63,845 nucleotides of DNA, taken from the NCBI GenBank assembly GCA_964461205.1, contig CAYWUL010000004.1:1-63845 (forward strand), read 5' to 3'. How positions within the stretch are numbered: position 1 is the first letter of the stretch; each line of letters starts with the position of its first letter. The position numbers and the translations under genes were made by a program. Below the pieces are notes generated by a model that was not told the DNA's origin, did not search any database, and saw only the letters and a program-made list of their open reading frames with translations. Below are positions 1 through 10,330 of this stretch, piece by piece. This DNA comes from an uncultured archaeon (GTDB lineage: Archaea; Iainarchaeota; Iainarchaeia; Iainarchaeales; JAAZKV01).

Positions 1-173
1 CTATAACCCCTTTTTCACTGCTTTGCAATATACAACTAATCATTGTTAAAGAATATAAATCATTGCGCTTTATTTGTAAATTTCATTATGATGATCAAAA
101 TCTTTAATATAAATAATTTGTTCTTTTTCATCAATTCTAAAAGTTTTTATTTTGAGAGCACATTAATTTTTGT

Positions 174-764
174 ATGAGACGACAGTCTAGAAATAAAAAA
201 GTTTTGAGTATTGCTTTAGCAACAACAATGATTGGAATGCACGCAAGAGCAAATAACACAATAAGAAAATTAAATTTCGAAAACATTGAAATGCATGCTT
301 CTGCAAAAAAAGTAAGACCTCTTTTTCCAAAACACGAAGTCAAAAACAAGTTGGCTGAAATTATTCTAAAAAACCAAGGTGAAGAAAATTTTCCTGATGC
401 AAGAATAAGACAAATTGTTGAAAGATCTTATACCCCTGAATTTAGTTGGACGAATCAAATAGAAATTTTGGGAAGAGAATTTGGTTTTGAAAAAGAAAAA
501 ATAATTCAAATAAACATTATACACAAACAATTACCAGAATATAATATTGAAAAAATTGAAGAAATGTTGAATGAATTTGTTGACCCTACAATTTGTCATG
601 GACTAAATAAATTAGCAATTGGTGCTAGAAAAGTTTTTTTGAAATTAAAAGAAGAAATAAAACAAAGAAACAAAATGGAAAGAGAACGAAGAAAAAAAAA
701 TCCAACTCGCCCACCAAAAAGAAGGCCCAATGACCCTTATGACATTTTAATGGTAAAAAAATAA
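174..764 (+). CDS. hypothetical protein with basic C-terminal tail
   Basis: 196-aa ORF with no recognisable catalytic motif. The C-terminus ERERRKKNPTRPPKRRPNDP is strongly basic. Confidence 0.4.
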   Translation: MRRQSRNKKVLSIALATTMIGMHARANNTIRKLNFENIEMHASAKKVRPLFPKHEVKNKLAEIILKNQGEENFPDARIRQIVERSYTPEFSWTNQIEILGREFGFEKEKIIQINIIHKQLPEYNIEKIEEMLNEFVDPTICHGLNKLAIGARKVFLKLKEEIKQRNKMERERRKKNPTRPPKRRPNDPYDILMVKK

Positions 765-942
765 TTATTTAAAGAGTTGCAATATTGGTTTTATTATAAA
801 AGGTGTTATTATCGTTCACAAAAAAATTGAATAGGTTTAAATTGCTTCTTTTTCTCACTTTTATTAAACAAACGACAAAAAAGCTCCATCAAACAACAAT
901 CGTTGTGAAGATAGTGCCCACATGTCAACCAGGTGAACAGTT

Positions 943-3330
943 GTGATAAAGGAAAAAAGATTTACAAAGGAAATGGAATTAACCATTTATGAACAATGGA
1001 AGAAAAGCAACGCTTTTGGTTTTGATGAAAAAACAAAAAAAGAAGTTTATTCTATTGATACTCCCCCACCATACATTAATTCTCCAGTGCATATTGGACA
1101 TGCAAGCACTTATGTAATAATGGATTTTATTGCACGTTTTAGACGAATGATAGGAAATGAAGTTTTATTCCCATTAGGACTTGATCAAAACGGTTTACCA
1201 ATAGAAATTAGCGCTGAAAGAAAATACAAAGTTGATTTTACAAAAATGACAAGAAAAGAAGCTATTGAGTATTGTAGAAAATTATTGGACGAAACAACAA
1301 GTGAAAGTGTGAGTAGTTTTTTTACAGCAGGAATTGGGTTTAATAGTTGGGAAGATGGAGAAAAAATAGGAGATATTTATCAAACAGACAGTGCGAGTTA
1401 CAGAGCAGTTACACAAGCAACCTTTATTGATCTGTGGAAAAAAGGACTTATTTATGAAGATAATAAAGTTGTTAACTGGGATCCAAAATTACAAACAACA
1501 GTTGCAGATGCAGAAATAGAGTACGAAGACAGACCGGGTTTTTTTCACGACATTGTTTTCAAAGTTAAAGGAACTGGCGAAGAAGTAATAATAGGCACCA
1601 CAAGACCAGAACTTGTATGCACATGCGGAATGGTTATTTATCACCCTGATGATGACAGATACAAACATTTAGAAGGAAAAACTTTAATCACACCTTATTT
1701 TGAAAAAGAAGTTCCAGTAAAAGCACACCCTGCAGCAGAAATTGATAAGGGAACAGGAATAATGATGATGTGTTCATACGGAGATCTAACTGACATTAGA
1801 TTTTTTATGGAACAAGGATTAGAAGGAAGAGTTGCAATTGGAAAAGACGGAAAATTAAATGAAAACGCGGGAAAATTAAAAGGAATGACAATTAAAGAAG
1901 GGAGAGAAAAAATAATTGAAGAATTAAAAGAAAAAGGATTATTGAAAAAAATGACTCCAACACAAGCACACAGAATGCCAGTTAGTGAAAGAAGCGGAGC
2001 AGCAATAGAATTTATTGAAATGGAAGAATTTTATTTAAAACAATTAGAATACAAAGACAAAATGAGAGAAATAGCAAAAAAAGTTAATATTTATTCTCCA
2101 AAATCAAGACAAATATTATTGGATTGGATTGATTCAGTAAGTATTGATTGGCCTATCTCAAGAAGAAGATATTATGCAACAGAAGTTCCGATGTGGAAAT
2201 GCAAAAAATGCGGAGAATATGTTTTAGCAGAAAAAGGAAAATATGTTCAACCATGGAAAGAAAAATATAAAGGCAAGTGTAAGTGTGGTAGCACAGATTT
2301 TGAAGGAGAAGACAGAGTATTTGATACTTGGTTTGATTCAAGTATTTCTCCATTATATATTCTTGGTTATGAAAGACAACCAAAATTTTTTGAAAAACAT
2401 GAACAATGTTCTTTAAGACCACAAGGAAAAGAAATTGTTAGAACTTGGTTGTATTATACTTTGCTAAAGGATTATCTTCTTACTGGAAAAATTATTTTCA
2501 AAGACGTTTGGATACACCACCACATATTAGATGAAAAAGGATACAAAATGGCAAAGAGAAAAGGAAACGGAATTGATCCGCACGAGGTAATGGAAAAATT
2601 TGGTTCTGGCCCTTTTAGATTATGGTGTGCAGTTGAAGGAAATTTAGATCGAACTGATTTCCGATGTAGTTTTGAAAGAATTGAAAACGCAGGAAAAGTT
2701 TTAGAAAAACTTTGGAATGTTAGCAAATTTGTTTCAATGTTTGAATTGAAAGAAAAAGAAGAAAAAAATGTCGAGTTAATGGAAATTGATAAATGGATCT
2801 TAAAAGAAATAAACGAAATCGCAAAAGATGCAAGAAAAAAATTCTTGGTTTACGATTTTCATAATCCTGTTGTAAGAATAATGAATTTTGTAAAAGATGA
2901 ATTCGCATCACATTATTTAGAGTTAGTAAAAAGAAGAGCATACAATAATAATGAAGAAACAAAATTCAGTGAAGCAGAAAGAAATGCCGCAATAAAAACT
3001 TTGAGAGATGTGCTTGGAAAAATACTAGAAATAATCTACCCTATTGAACCGGCAATGACTCATTTCTTGTACAAAGAATTATTTGGAAAAGAAATAGAAA
3101 AAAAAGAGTGGCCAAAAGAAGAAAAAATTAAGAGTGATGTTGTTGGAACAGAATTTATTGAATTTAATTCTGCTATTTGGAAGGCAAAGAAAGATCATGG
3201 AAAATCTTTGAAAGATGAAGTAAAGAAAGCTGTTGCTCCAAGAAGCCTTAAACCTGTTGAAAAAGAGCTACGCGCAATGCATAATATCATAGATATCAAA
3301 TTTGATGATACAATTGACATAACTGTATAA
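943..3330 (+). CDS. valS: valyl-tRNA synthetase (archaeal type)
   Basis: Class I aaRS. The N-terminal block SIDTPPPYINSPVHIGHASTYVIMDFIARFRRMIGNEVLFPLGLDQNGLPIE carries the HIGH motif, and a KMSKS-like KMAKRKGN follows. The 795-aa length fits archaeal ValRS. The start may instead be the ATG at 973. Confidence 0.85.
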   Translation: MIKEKRFTKEMELTIYEQWKKSNAFGFDEKTKKEVYSIDTPPPYINSPVHIGHASTYVIMDFIARFRRMIGNEVLFPLGLDQNGLPIEISAERKYKVDFTKMTRKEAIEYCRKLLDETTSESVSSFFTAGIGFNSWEDGEKIGDIYQTDSASYRAVTQATFIDLWKKGLIYEDNKVVNWDPKLQTTVADAEIEYEDRPGFFHDIVFKVKGTGEEVIIGTTRPELVCTCGMVIYHPDDDRYKHLEGKTLITPYFEKEVPVKAHPAAEIDKGTGIMMMCSYGDLTDIRFFMEQGLEGRVAIGKDGKLNENAGKLKGMTIKEGREKIIEELKEKGLLKKMTPTQAHRMPVSERSGAAIEFIEMEEFYLKQLEYKDKMREIAKKVNIYSPKSRQILLDWIDSVSIDWPISRRRYYATEVPMWKCKKCGEYVLAEKGKYVQPWKEKYKGKCKCGSTDFEGEDRVFDTWFDSSISPLYILGYERQPKFFEKHEQCSLRPQGKEIVRTWLYYTLLKDYLLTGKIIFKDVWIHHHILDEKGYKMAKRKGNGIDPHEVMEKFGSGPFRLWCAVEGNLDRTDFRCSFERIENAGKVLEKLWNVSKFVSMFELKEKEEKNVELMEIDKWILKEINEIAKDARKKFLVYDFHNPVVRIMNFVKDEFASHYLELVKRRAYNNNEETKFSEAERNAAIKTLRDVLGKILEIIYPIEPAMTHFLYKELFGKEIEKKEWPKEEKIKSDVVGTEFIEFNSAIWKAKKDHGKSLKDEVKKAVAPRSLKPVEKELRAMHNIIDIKFDDTIDITV

Positions 3331-3591
3331 ATTGTCACATATTAAGCCTAATTAATGTATTACATAATATACTAAAAAATTACAATTACTTATTAATGTA
3401 AATGACGGCAATTAATACATGAAAGAAGTCTGGAGTCAATAATTCTTATTTTAACAAAAATAGACTCCAGGCGGCTCACCTCGAAAAATCATTTGAAAGT
3501 GGTTTAGCCTGGACTTAATGGAAATAAAAAGGTTAAGATTGGTGTTCTTGGCGGGATCGGCCCAGAAGCAACAGGAACTTTTTATTTAGAA

Positions 3592-4188
3592 TTGATTAAG
3601 AAGATTCAAAGAGAAAAATTGATTAAAAAAAATGAAGATTTCCCCCAAATAATTGTTAATAGTATTCCAGCACCAGAACTAACTGAAAATAACCCCAAAA
3701 AAGAAAAATTAAAAAAATACATAAACGGGTTAAAAGAACTTGACAGTTTAAATGTAGATTTTTCAGTAATGGTTTGCAATACAATCCACACTCACATAAA
3801 AACATTACAAAAAGAAATAACAAATCCAATACTTAATTTACAAGATGAAATAAAAAAGAACGTACTAAAAATAAACAAACCAACCTTAGTAATCGGCACG
3901 CCCACAACAATAAACAAATTATATAATTTTGGCAAAATAACTCTTAAACCAACAAAAAAAGAACAAAAAGTTATTTCCCAAACAATTTTTCTTTTCAATA
4001 AAGGATACTCAAAACAAAAACAAATAAAAAAATTAGAATTGATTTGCAAAAAATATAAAAATGCAGATTACATTTTATCAGGATGTACTGAAACTTCTCT
4101 AATGTTAAGAAACTCAAAAATCAAGATTCTTGACCCACTGAATGAATTAAGTAATTTAGTTATCAAAAAAATAAAAGAGGAAAATTAA
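3592..4188 (+). CDS. aspartate/glutamate racemase family protein, 5' end frame-broken
   Basis: The frame is open from 3508 and encodes GVLGGIGPEATGTFY, the Asp/Glu racemase N-terminal motif. It also has VMVCNTIH and SGCTETS catalytic-Cys motifs. The only plausible ATG (3519) is out of frame by one base at an A5 run. Confidence 0.7.
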   Translation: MIKKIQREKLIKKNEDFPQIIVNSIPAPELTENNPKKEKLKKYINGLKELDSLNVDFSVMVCNTIHTHIKTLQKEITNPILNLQDEIKKNVLKINKPTLVIGTPTTINKLYNFGKITLKPTKKEQKVISQTIFLFNKGYSKQKQIKKLELICKKYKNADYILSGCTETSLMLRNSKIKILDPLNELSNLVIKKIKEEN

Positions 4189-4210
4189 AAAGGAGAAGGG
4201 GACTGGTTAT

Positions 4211-5332
4211 ATGCGTGAAAACATGACAAAAGAAAAACAAAGAATAAATATTGATCCTTGGGGTAAGGCACTTGTGGAAGATTATTCACGTTTAATAAAA
4301 GAATTTGGAATGCAAACCTTTGACATTGAAGAAATGCCAAACCCAAGCATGCAAATGAAGAGAGGCCTAATATTTGGTGGGCAGGATTTGAATATAATAG
4401 CGGAAGCAATGAAAAAGAAAAAAAGATTTTATTGTTTAACAGGAATAATGCCATCATCAACAAAAATACATTTGGGAACAGAAGCAGTAATACAAAACGT
4501 AAAATATTTCCAAGACAATGGAGCAGAAACATATGTGCTAATAGCAGATGTTGAAAGTCAAGCAGCAAGGGGAGTGCCAATAGACGAAGGAAGAAAAAGA
4601 GCAATGGAATTTCACATACCCGCATATATTGCACTTGGACTTGATCCAAAAAAAACAAAATTTTATTTCCAAAGTGAAAACAAAACAGTAAGTAATTTAG
4701 CAGCAATTTGTTCACAAAAAATTACTGAAAATGAGTTTAGAGCAATCTATGGAAGTGTGCACCCAGCAAAAGTAATGAGTGCATTCACACAAATGGGAGA
4801 CATTTTATTTCCACAATTAAAAGAACCAATGCCCGGAGTCATACCTGTTGGAATCGATCAGGCCCCACACATACGAATGTCAAGAGATATTGCTAGAAGA
4901 TTAAAAAAAGAATACGGTTTTTTTGCACCAAGTGCTAGTTATAATAAATACACTTCTTCTCTTGATGGAAGTTTCAAAATGAGCAAGAACGAGAGTGTTG
5001 GAAAAATAGAAATTCCCGAAGATAACGAAAAAGAATTAGAAAAGAAATTAAAAAAAGCATTGACTGGTGGCAGAGCAACTGCAGAAGAACAAAAAAAGAA
5101 AGGCGGACAACCCGAAAAATGCATTGCTTTTGAGTACTGCAAAAACCACTTTATTAAAGATGACAAAAAGCTTGGTAAGATGTACCAAGAGTGTTTGGGT
5201 GGAACAAATTTGTGTGGAGAATGCAAACAAAAATACCTTATTGCGGGAGCAAAAGAATTTTTTAAAGAATTTGATAAAAATTTTAAGAAAGCAAAAAAGA
5301 GCATTGGAAAAGTAAAATTCATTGAAAACTAA
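4211..5332 (+). CDS. trpS: tryptophanyl-tRNA synthetase (archaeal/eukaryotic type)
   Basis: Supporting motifs are N-terminal DPWG..EDYSRLIKEFG, HIGH-like KIHLGT, KMSKN (a KMSKS variant) and TGGRATAEEQKKKGGQPEKC. The 373-aa length fits TrpRS better than the ~310-aa archaeal TyrRS. Confidence 0.75.
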   Translation: MRENMTKEKQRINIDPWGKALVEDYSRLIKEFGMQTFDIEEMPNPSMQMKRGLIFGGQDLNIIAEAMKKKKRFYCLTGIMPSSTKIHLGTEAVIQNVKYFQDNGAETYVLIADVESQAARGVPIDEGRKRAMEFHIPAYIALGLDPKKTKFYFQSENKTVSNLAAICSQKITENEFRAIYGSVHPAKVMSAFTQMGDILFPQLKEPMPGVIPVGIDQAPHIRMSRDIARRLKKEYGFFAPSASYNKYTSSLDGSFKMSKNESVGKIEIPEDNEKELEKKLKKALTGGRATAEEQKKKGGQPEKCIAFEYCKNHFIKDDKKLGKMYQECLGGTNLCGECKQKYLIAGAKEFFKEFDKNFKKAKKSIGKVKFIEN

Positions 5333-5365
5333 ATGTTTTAATACTCCAATTCCTTTCTTTATAAC

Positions 5366-6682
5366 ATGAAAATAATGAAACTAGCTTTTCTATTAATACT
5401 ATTAGTTGTTGCAGTTAATGTAATAGCAATGTCGCCAGAAGAAGCAACAAACCTTGTTTCAAAAACAAATAATTATTTGTTGAATGGAGAACAAGTAGCA
5501 ATTCTTTCACCACAAGTAATGATATTATACAAAGGAACAGAGTATTGGGTTGTTGCAGGAATGAGTGGAAACAATGCAAACGTATACATTCCAGTAAACA
5601 ATTCAATAGGAGAAGTTGCAAACGGAGCAATAGAAATTAGAGATCTTATTGGAACAAACATTGTTCTTAATAGGTTAAATGAATTAAAAGGAAATTATTC
5701 TGTGGGAGATTGGCCTTTTTCATACCCAAACAAAACAAGATTTTATGATTTAGAAAGAGCTTTCTCAGATAAATCACCAAGCCTTGTAACAATACAAAGT
5801 GATTTGGATCAAGTGAGTGGCGCAAGTAGTCTTGTTTCACAAGCAGAAGATGTTGAAAGCGCAATGATAAGTTTGTCAGAAGACAGCAAGGAATTAGCTG
5901 AAAAAATAAATGAAGGAATTGAATTTGAAAAAGTTTATTTTACAAAACCAGATACAAACCAAACCAGAAGTTATGAAAAAATATTTGAAGAATACTTTGA
6001 ATTAATAGAAACATACAAAATAAATTATAATGAATTGAATTCTAGTTTAACAAGTTTGAAAAATAATATTGCAGCATTCCAAAGCGGAGAAGTTAGTTCG
6101 GAACAAAAAAACTTTTACATTGGTTTGTTAGCAATGCCACAAGAAACCGCACCACTAAATAATGTGTTTAGTATTTCTGACCAAACAAAAACCCTAGTAG
6201 AAGAAGTGTTTAGTTCGAGCAAGAATATTGAAAATTTAGTCCTTAATTTAGAAACAAGAAAAGAAAGAAACGAAGCATGGAAAATATTATACGCGCCAGA
6301 TGCAGAAATAAACAAATTGAATTCTAGTTTTTCTTCCCTAAGTGATGCTGCAGAAGCAATTCTTGCAGAAGACAATATTGGTTTTTGGAAAGACCAAGAC
6401 ACTGTTTCAGCCTTGAAGACAAATTGGAAGCAAGCAACAACAAAATATGGAAACGGAGTATATATTTCGGCAAAATCTTTTGGAGCAGATGCAAAAAAGA
6501 ATGTGAAAAAGATTTTGGAAGAAGGAACAATTGAGGAAGAAGAAGGGGTCCCGCAGGAATTAATAATTAATGCTATAATAATATTAATAGTAGTAATAGT
6601 TGGTTTGTTTTTGTTTGAAAAATTTTATTTGAATAAAAAAAAGGAAAACGAAATGAAAGAAGGTTATGAAGATGAATACTAA
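5366..6682 (+). CDS. secreted protein with C-terminal membrane anchor, unknown function
   Basis: It has an N-terminal signal-like segment (LAFLLILLVVAVNVIA), a C-terminal TM (IINAIIILIVVIVGLFLF) and an acidic tail. It overlaps the next ORF by 17 nt. Confidence 0.5.
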   Translation: MKIMKLAFLLILLVVAVNVIAMSPEEATNLVSKTNNYLLNGEQVAILSPQVMILYKGTEYWVVAGMSGNNANVYIPVNNSIGEVANGAIEIRDLIGTNIVLNRLNELKGNYSVGDWPFSYPNKTRFYDLERAFSDKSPSLVTIQSDLDQVSGASSLVSQAEDVESAMISLSEDSKELAEKINEGIEFEKVYFTKPDTNQTRSYEKIFEEYFELIETYKINYNELNSSLTSLKNNIAAFQSGEVSSEQKNFYIGLLAMPQETAPLNNVFSISDQTKTLVEEVFSSSKNIENLVLNLETRKERNEAWKILYAPDAEINKLNSSFSSLSDAAEAILAEDNIGFWKDQDTVSALKTNWKQATTKYGNGVYISAKSFGADAKKNVKKILEEGTIEEEEGVPQELIINAIIILIVVIVGLFLFEKFYLNKKKENEMKEGYEDEY

Positions 6683-7508
6683 ACTAATTTGTTTCATTGC
6701 GTTCACTCTTTTTTTAGTTGGAACAGTAAATGCACAAGTCCTTGTTAATACACAAGTCGATAAGAACGAACTTTCAACAAACGAAGTAGCTTTTTTGACA
6801 GTAAATATTTACAATGACACCGGGATAGATATTGAAAACTTTGTTTTCAGAGCAGAAGTTTCTGACAATTTAACTATTCTAGAAAATGATTCTCAAATCT
6901 TGTTGAAAGAAATAGGTTTAATAAAACAAGGAATGGGAAAAGAAACCAAAATAAAAGTAAAGGCCAATTCAACAAAAAAAGAAATAGGAGAAATGTTTGC
7001 ATATTATGGAAACAACATGGAATTCGTTTCTGGAACATTTGTTACAACAAAAGAAAGCCCAGTTGTTATAAAAACAAGCATTAGCAAAAAGCTTTTTGAT
7101 GAAGGAGAAAAAATAATTGTTGATTTTGAAATACACAATTATTCAAAAGAGCCATTGTACAATGTTGCTATTGAAGTTTCTGCCCCACAAGGATTTATTG
7201 TTGAAACTGCGCCAGTAATAATACCTATATTAGAAGACAATAATTCATTAAAAAACCAATTTGAAATATTAGTACCATTAAACGCAAGCGGAGAACAAAC
7301 AATCCTATTAAATTATGGTTTTTTTGACAATACAGGAGTACATTTTTTTGAAGAAACCTTTATTGAAAATTTTGAAAAAGGAAATAACACTTTGCTAGCA
7401 GCTATTGGAATAATAGTTCTTATTATTGCAGTAATTGTTTATATGAGCACTGCAAAAAAAGAAACAAAAATAAAAGGAACCAAGGAAAAAGCAGAAGAAG
7501 AAAAATAG
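6666..7508 (+). CDS. secreted protein with C-terminal membrane anchor, beta-rich repeats
   Basis: It has a signal peptide (LICFIAFTLFLVGTVNA), two similar ~100-aa beta-rich halves and a C-terminal TM followed by a K/E tail. Confidence 0.5.
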   Translation: MKMNTKLICFIAFTLFLVGTVNAQVLVNTQVDKNELSTNEVAFLTVNIYNDTGIDIENFVFRAEVSDNLTILENDSQILLKEIGLIKQGMGKETKIKVKANSTKKEIGEMFAYYGNNMEFVSGTFVTTKESPVVIKTSISKKLFDEGEKIIVDFEIHNYSKEPLYNVAIEVSAPQGFIVETAPVIIPILEDNNSLKNQFEILVPLNASGEQTILLNYGFFDNTGVHFFEETFIENFEKGNNTLLAAIGIIVLIIAVIVYMSTAKKETKIKGTKEKAEEEK

Positions 7509-7550
7509 TCCTTCGGATTCTAAAAAAAAGTTTTAATCAACACTAATTAA

Positions 7551-8627
7551 TCAAATATTAATTTCTACAACATCCTTGTTTTTTAATACATATTCTGGGC
7601 CAACTCTTTGACCAGGAAATTTTGTTGAACCCCAAACTTTCGCAAACTTTAATTTGCTTGCAAAATCTTTATGTAAGTGTTTTGCAACGTCTCCTAGAGT
7701 TGAACCTTTCTTTAGAGCCATTGGATCTTTTTTATCAACTACTTTTCCTGGTTTTTTTGTGTAAACCAATATTTTGTCAAGTAAAATAAATATTTGGTCA
7801 CGCAAATCAACAAGAGAATGATCAGTCACTTTTCTTGTATCAATAAACAAAGTTTTTCTATAAATTATGCTCGGGTTAAGTGCTTCTGAAACTTCTTGTA
7901 AAGAATTTATTTTTCCAGAAACAATAACATTAGAATTTGCATACCCCGAACTTTTCAAATAACTAATTAGTTGCTCTTTTGGAAACTTTAAATTTTCTTT
8001 TCCAGAAATTTGTATTCCTCTAAAAGAAGAACTTTTTACAACAATTTTAGGGCGTGTTTTATTTAAATAAATTTGAGACGCTTCAAGTTCATCAGCAATT
8101 ATTTTTTGTTCCTTTTTATTACCCACAACAATTATCGCATCAGAATTTCTAATAAGAGAAATAATTTCTCTCCCATTAGCTTTTCCTTGTGAAGACCCTT
8201 CTATCAAGGCAGGCAATTCAACTATTTGTAAATACCCTCCTTCATAAGGCATCATTCCTGGTTCTGGTTTAAAAGTTGAAAACCCATGATCAGTAACTTC
8301 AGCAATCTCTTTTCCAACTAATCTATTAAGTAACCAGCTCTTTCCAGTATTTGGCAGACCAACAATACTTATCTGACCAATACCATCTTTTTTAACATAC
8401 ATAGAAGGAGCAGAACCTTTTTTGGATTTTATTGTTCTTTGTCTCTCCATCGAAGATTTCAAAGCAGCTATTTTTCTATTAATTTCTGCACGCAAGTTTT
8501 CAGCACCTTTATGAGCAGGAGCCGTTGATTTCATTTCAATAAGCGCGGTTAAACGTTCCTCATCGGTTTTTGCTTCGTAAAACTTTTTTTGTGCTTGAGC
8601 AAATTCAAAAGAAACATTTGATGGCAT
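7551..8627 (-). CDS. DRG/Rbg-type GTPase with C-terminal TGS domain
   Basis: The G1 motif is IVGLPNTGKS. The N-terminal helical region is typical of DRG. The C-terminus (VYTKKPGK...VWGSTKFPGQRVGPEYVLKNKDVVEI) is TGS-like. Confidence 0.8.
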   Translation of the reverse strand: MPSNVSFEFAQAQKKFYEAKTDEERLTALIEMKSTAPAHKGAENLRAEINRKIAALKSSMERQRTIKSKKGSAPSMYVKKDGIGQISIVGLPNTGKSWLLNRLVGKEIAEVTDHGFSTFKPEPGMMPYEGGYLQIVELPALIEGSSQGKANGREIISLIRNSDAIIVVGNKKEQKIIADELEASQIYLNKTRPKIVVKSSSFRGIQISGKENLKFPKEQLISYLKSSGYANSNVIVSGKINSLQEVSEALNPSIIYRKTLFIDTRKVTDHSLVDLRDQIFILLDKILVYTKKPGKVVDKKDPMALKKGSTLGDVAKHLHKDFASKLKFAKVWGSTKFPGQRVGPEYVLKNKDVVEINI

Positions 8628-8668
8628 GAAGTAAAAGAATCAAAAAAGGTTTTTAATTTAGTTCTTTT

Positions 8669-9055
8669 TCAAGAATACAACCCTAAAATCCTTTGTTGGT
8701 TGGGATTTAATGAAACTGGCTTTGTTAGAGGTTTTCTATTTCTAAAAGCAATTCTTTCAGCACGATTTATCTTCAATGCAATGTTATTTAGAACACGCAT
8801 ATCACTATCATGTATTTCAGAGTTTGATTCGGATACTTTTTTTACAATTGATAAAACAGTTTGGGCAAGAACATAATTAGGACTATTCATACTAACCATC
8901 GATAAGCTCTTTATTTCAATAGCCGGGTTTTTGACAAATGCTTTCCTCGGTTTTCCAGGTTTACTTTTTTTCACCTGAGATGCTTCCTCAACTCTTTGTC
9001 TCAATTCTTGAACACTCAATCTTCTACTTGGATTTGGCATAAAAGAATACAACAA
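8669..9055 (-). CDS. hypothetical protein
   Basis: 128-aa ORF in an operon-like minus-strand run, with no recognisable motif. Confidence 0.35.
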   Translation of the reverse strand: MLYSFMPNPSRRLSVQELRQRVEEASQVKKSKPGKPRKAFVKNPAIEIKSLSMVSMNSPNYVLAQTVLSIVKKVSESNSEIHDSDMRVLNNIALKINRAERIAFRNRKPLTKPVSLNPNQQRILGLYS

Positions 9056-9060
9056 TAGAA

Positions 9061-9615
9061 CTATTTAATTCTTGTGATTTTAAGAACTAATAATTCTTCA
9101 AAAAACAGTTTTTGTTTTTCTATAATTTTAGCTTTGAAACTTTTTTTAGAAAGAAGAGAGATAATCTCTTCTGGTTTATTTAAAGAAGAAACTAACAAAA
9201 GAACTATCCCTTTAGGCCCAAGAATTTTTTCAAATTCTGAAAGGAAAACATCTATTACCTCTCTTCCTTTTTTCCCACCATCAAGATCCTTCCATTTTAT
9301 TTCATCACTTGGAACATAGGGGGGATTAAAAGCAACGAAGTCAAATCTTTCAGAAGGATTGTTATGTATAAACCTAAAGAGGTCTCCTTCAAAAAAAGTA
9401 ATTTCTTTTTCTTGTTTGTTATTTTCTCTTGCTTTTTTTATTGCATCAGGATTAATATCAACCGCAGTAACTTTTTTCGCACCGGATTTAAACATTGCCT
9501 TGGTTTGTATGCCTGATCCAGTACCAAGGTCCAAACAATTCTTTTCTTTTAAATCTTCTTTTAGAATTGCTTTCTCTAAAAGAAAAGAATCCTCTTGAGG
9601 AACATAAACTTCCAT
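9061..9615 (-). CDS. N5-glutamine (HemK/Mtq2-like) SAM-dependent methyltransferase
   Basis: Motifs are EVYVPQEDSFLL, the LDLGTGSGI SAM motif and the FNPPYVP catalytic motif. I start it at ATG 9615 to avoid overlapping the upstream gene. Confidence 0.75.
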   Translation of the reverse strand: MEVYVPQEDSFLLEKAILKEDLKEKNCLDLGTGSGIQTKAMFKSGAKKVTAVDINPDAIKKARENNKQEKEITFFEGDLFRFIHNNPSERFDFVAFNPPYVPSDEIKWKDLDGGKKGREVIDVFLSEFEKILGPKGIVLLLVSSLNKPEEIISLLSKKSFKAKIIEKQKLFFEELLVLKITRIK

Positions 9616-9647
9616 AAAAATAAATATTTCAAAAATATTTTGTATAA

Positions 9648-10247
9648 TTATTCTTCTTGTGATTTTGCCTGTGCCCAAATTTCATTAAACTCATTCAAAT
9701 ATTCTTGAGCAAGTGATTCACTCACAATAAAAATCAAGTTCTCATCATTTTTTTCATCAGCATTTTTTGAATAATTAAAAGAACCAGTCAAAACCTTTTT
9801 TTCATCAATAACACAAAACTTATTGTGCATCGAACCACCACCCTTTCTTCGCACTATTTCTAAACCATTATCAATCAATCTTTCATCCACACTATAATCG
9901 CTCTCACTTTGGAAATAATCAAAAACTATTCTTACTTCAACACCTCTTTCCTTTGCTCTTATCAAAGCATCAGCAATATCTTCTTTTGTAAAAGAATAAA
10001 CAGCAATATATATTGAGTCTTGAGCAGAATCAATTTGTTGTATTAGAACAGAAGCACAATTATCTTCAGGACAAAAGAAAACATCAAGGTCCTGAGGAGG
10101 AGGCGAAAAAGAAAAACTATTTGTATCAAAAGAATACAATCCAAACAAAGAATCTTCTTTCACATAACCAATAATACCAATAGAAACAACAATTACAACA
10201 ATTAGAAATATCCAGCTACCTTTGTTAATAAAACCCATAATTAACAA
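9648..10247 (-). CDS. phospholipase D-family nuclease (Nuc-like), membrane-anchored
   Basis: It has a single HKD motif (HNKFCVIDEKKVLTGSFNYSKNA) and an N-terminal TM (WIFLIVVIVVSIGIIGY). Confidence 0.7.
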   Translation of the reverse strand: MLIMGFINKGSWIFLIVVIVVSIGIIGYVKEDSLFGLYSFDTNSFSFSPPPQDLDVFFCPEDNCASVLIQQIDSAQDSIYIAVYSFTKEDIADALIRAKERGVEVRIVFDYFQSESDYSVDERLIDNGLEIVRRKGGGSMHNKFCVIDEKKVLTGSFNYSKNADEKNDENLIFIVSESLAQEYLNEFNEIWAQAKSQEE

Positions 10248-10330
10248 TTAAACGATTCTGTTTTTATTACTTATTATAAAAAAGTCATTTGTGGAAGAAG
10301 ATTTAGTTATTAATTATTCTTTGAGTAGAC

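Noticed and set aside
1-43. Possible 5' end of a minus-strand gene running off the window start, and a 15-codon minus-strand C-terminal fragment at 63798-63845
   Set aside because: Both are too short to support any call.
9616-9678. Longer start for the HemK-like methyltransferase at 9678
   Set aside because: The extension overlaps the PLD-like gene by 31 nt and encodes a non-conserved hydrophobic peptide. The family-typical N-terminus (EVYVPQEDSFLL) begins at ATG 9615.
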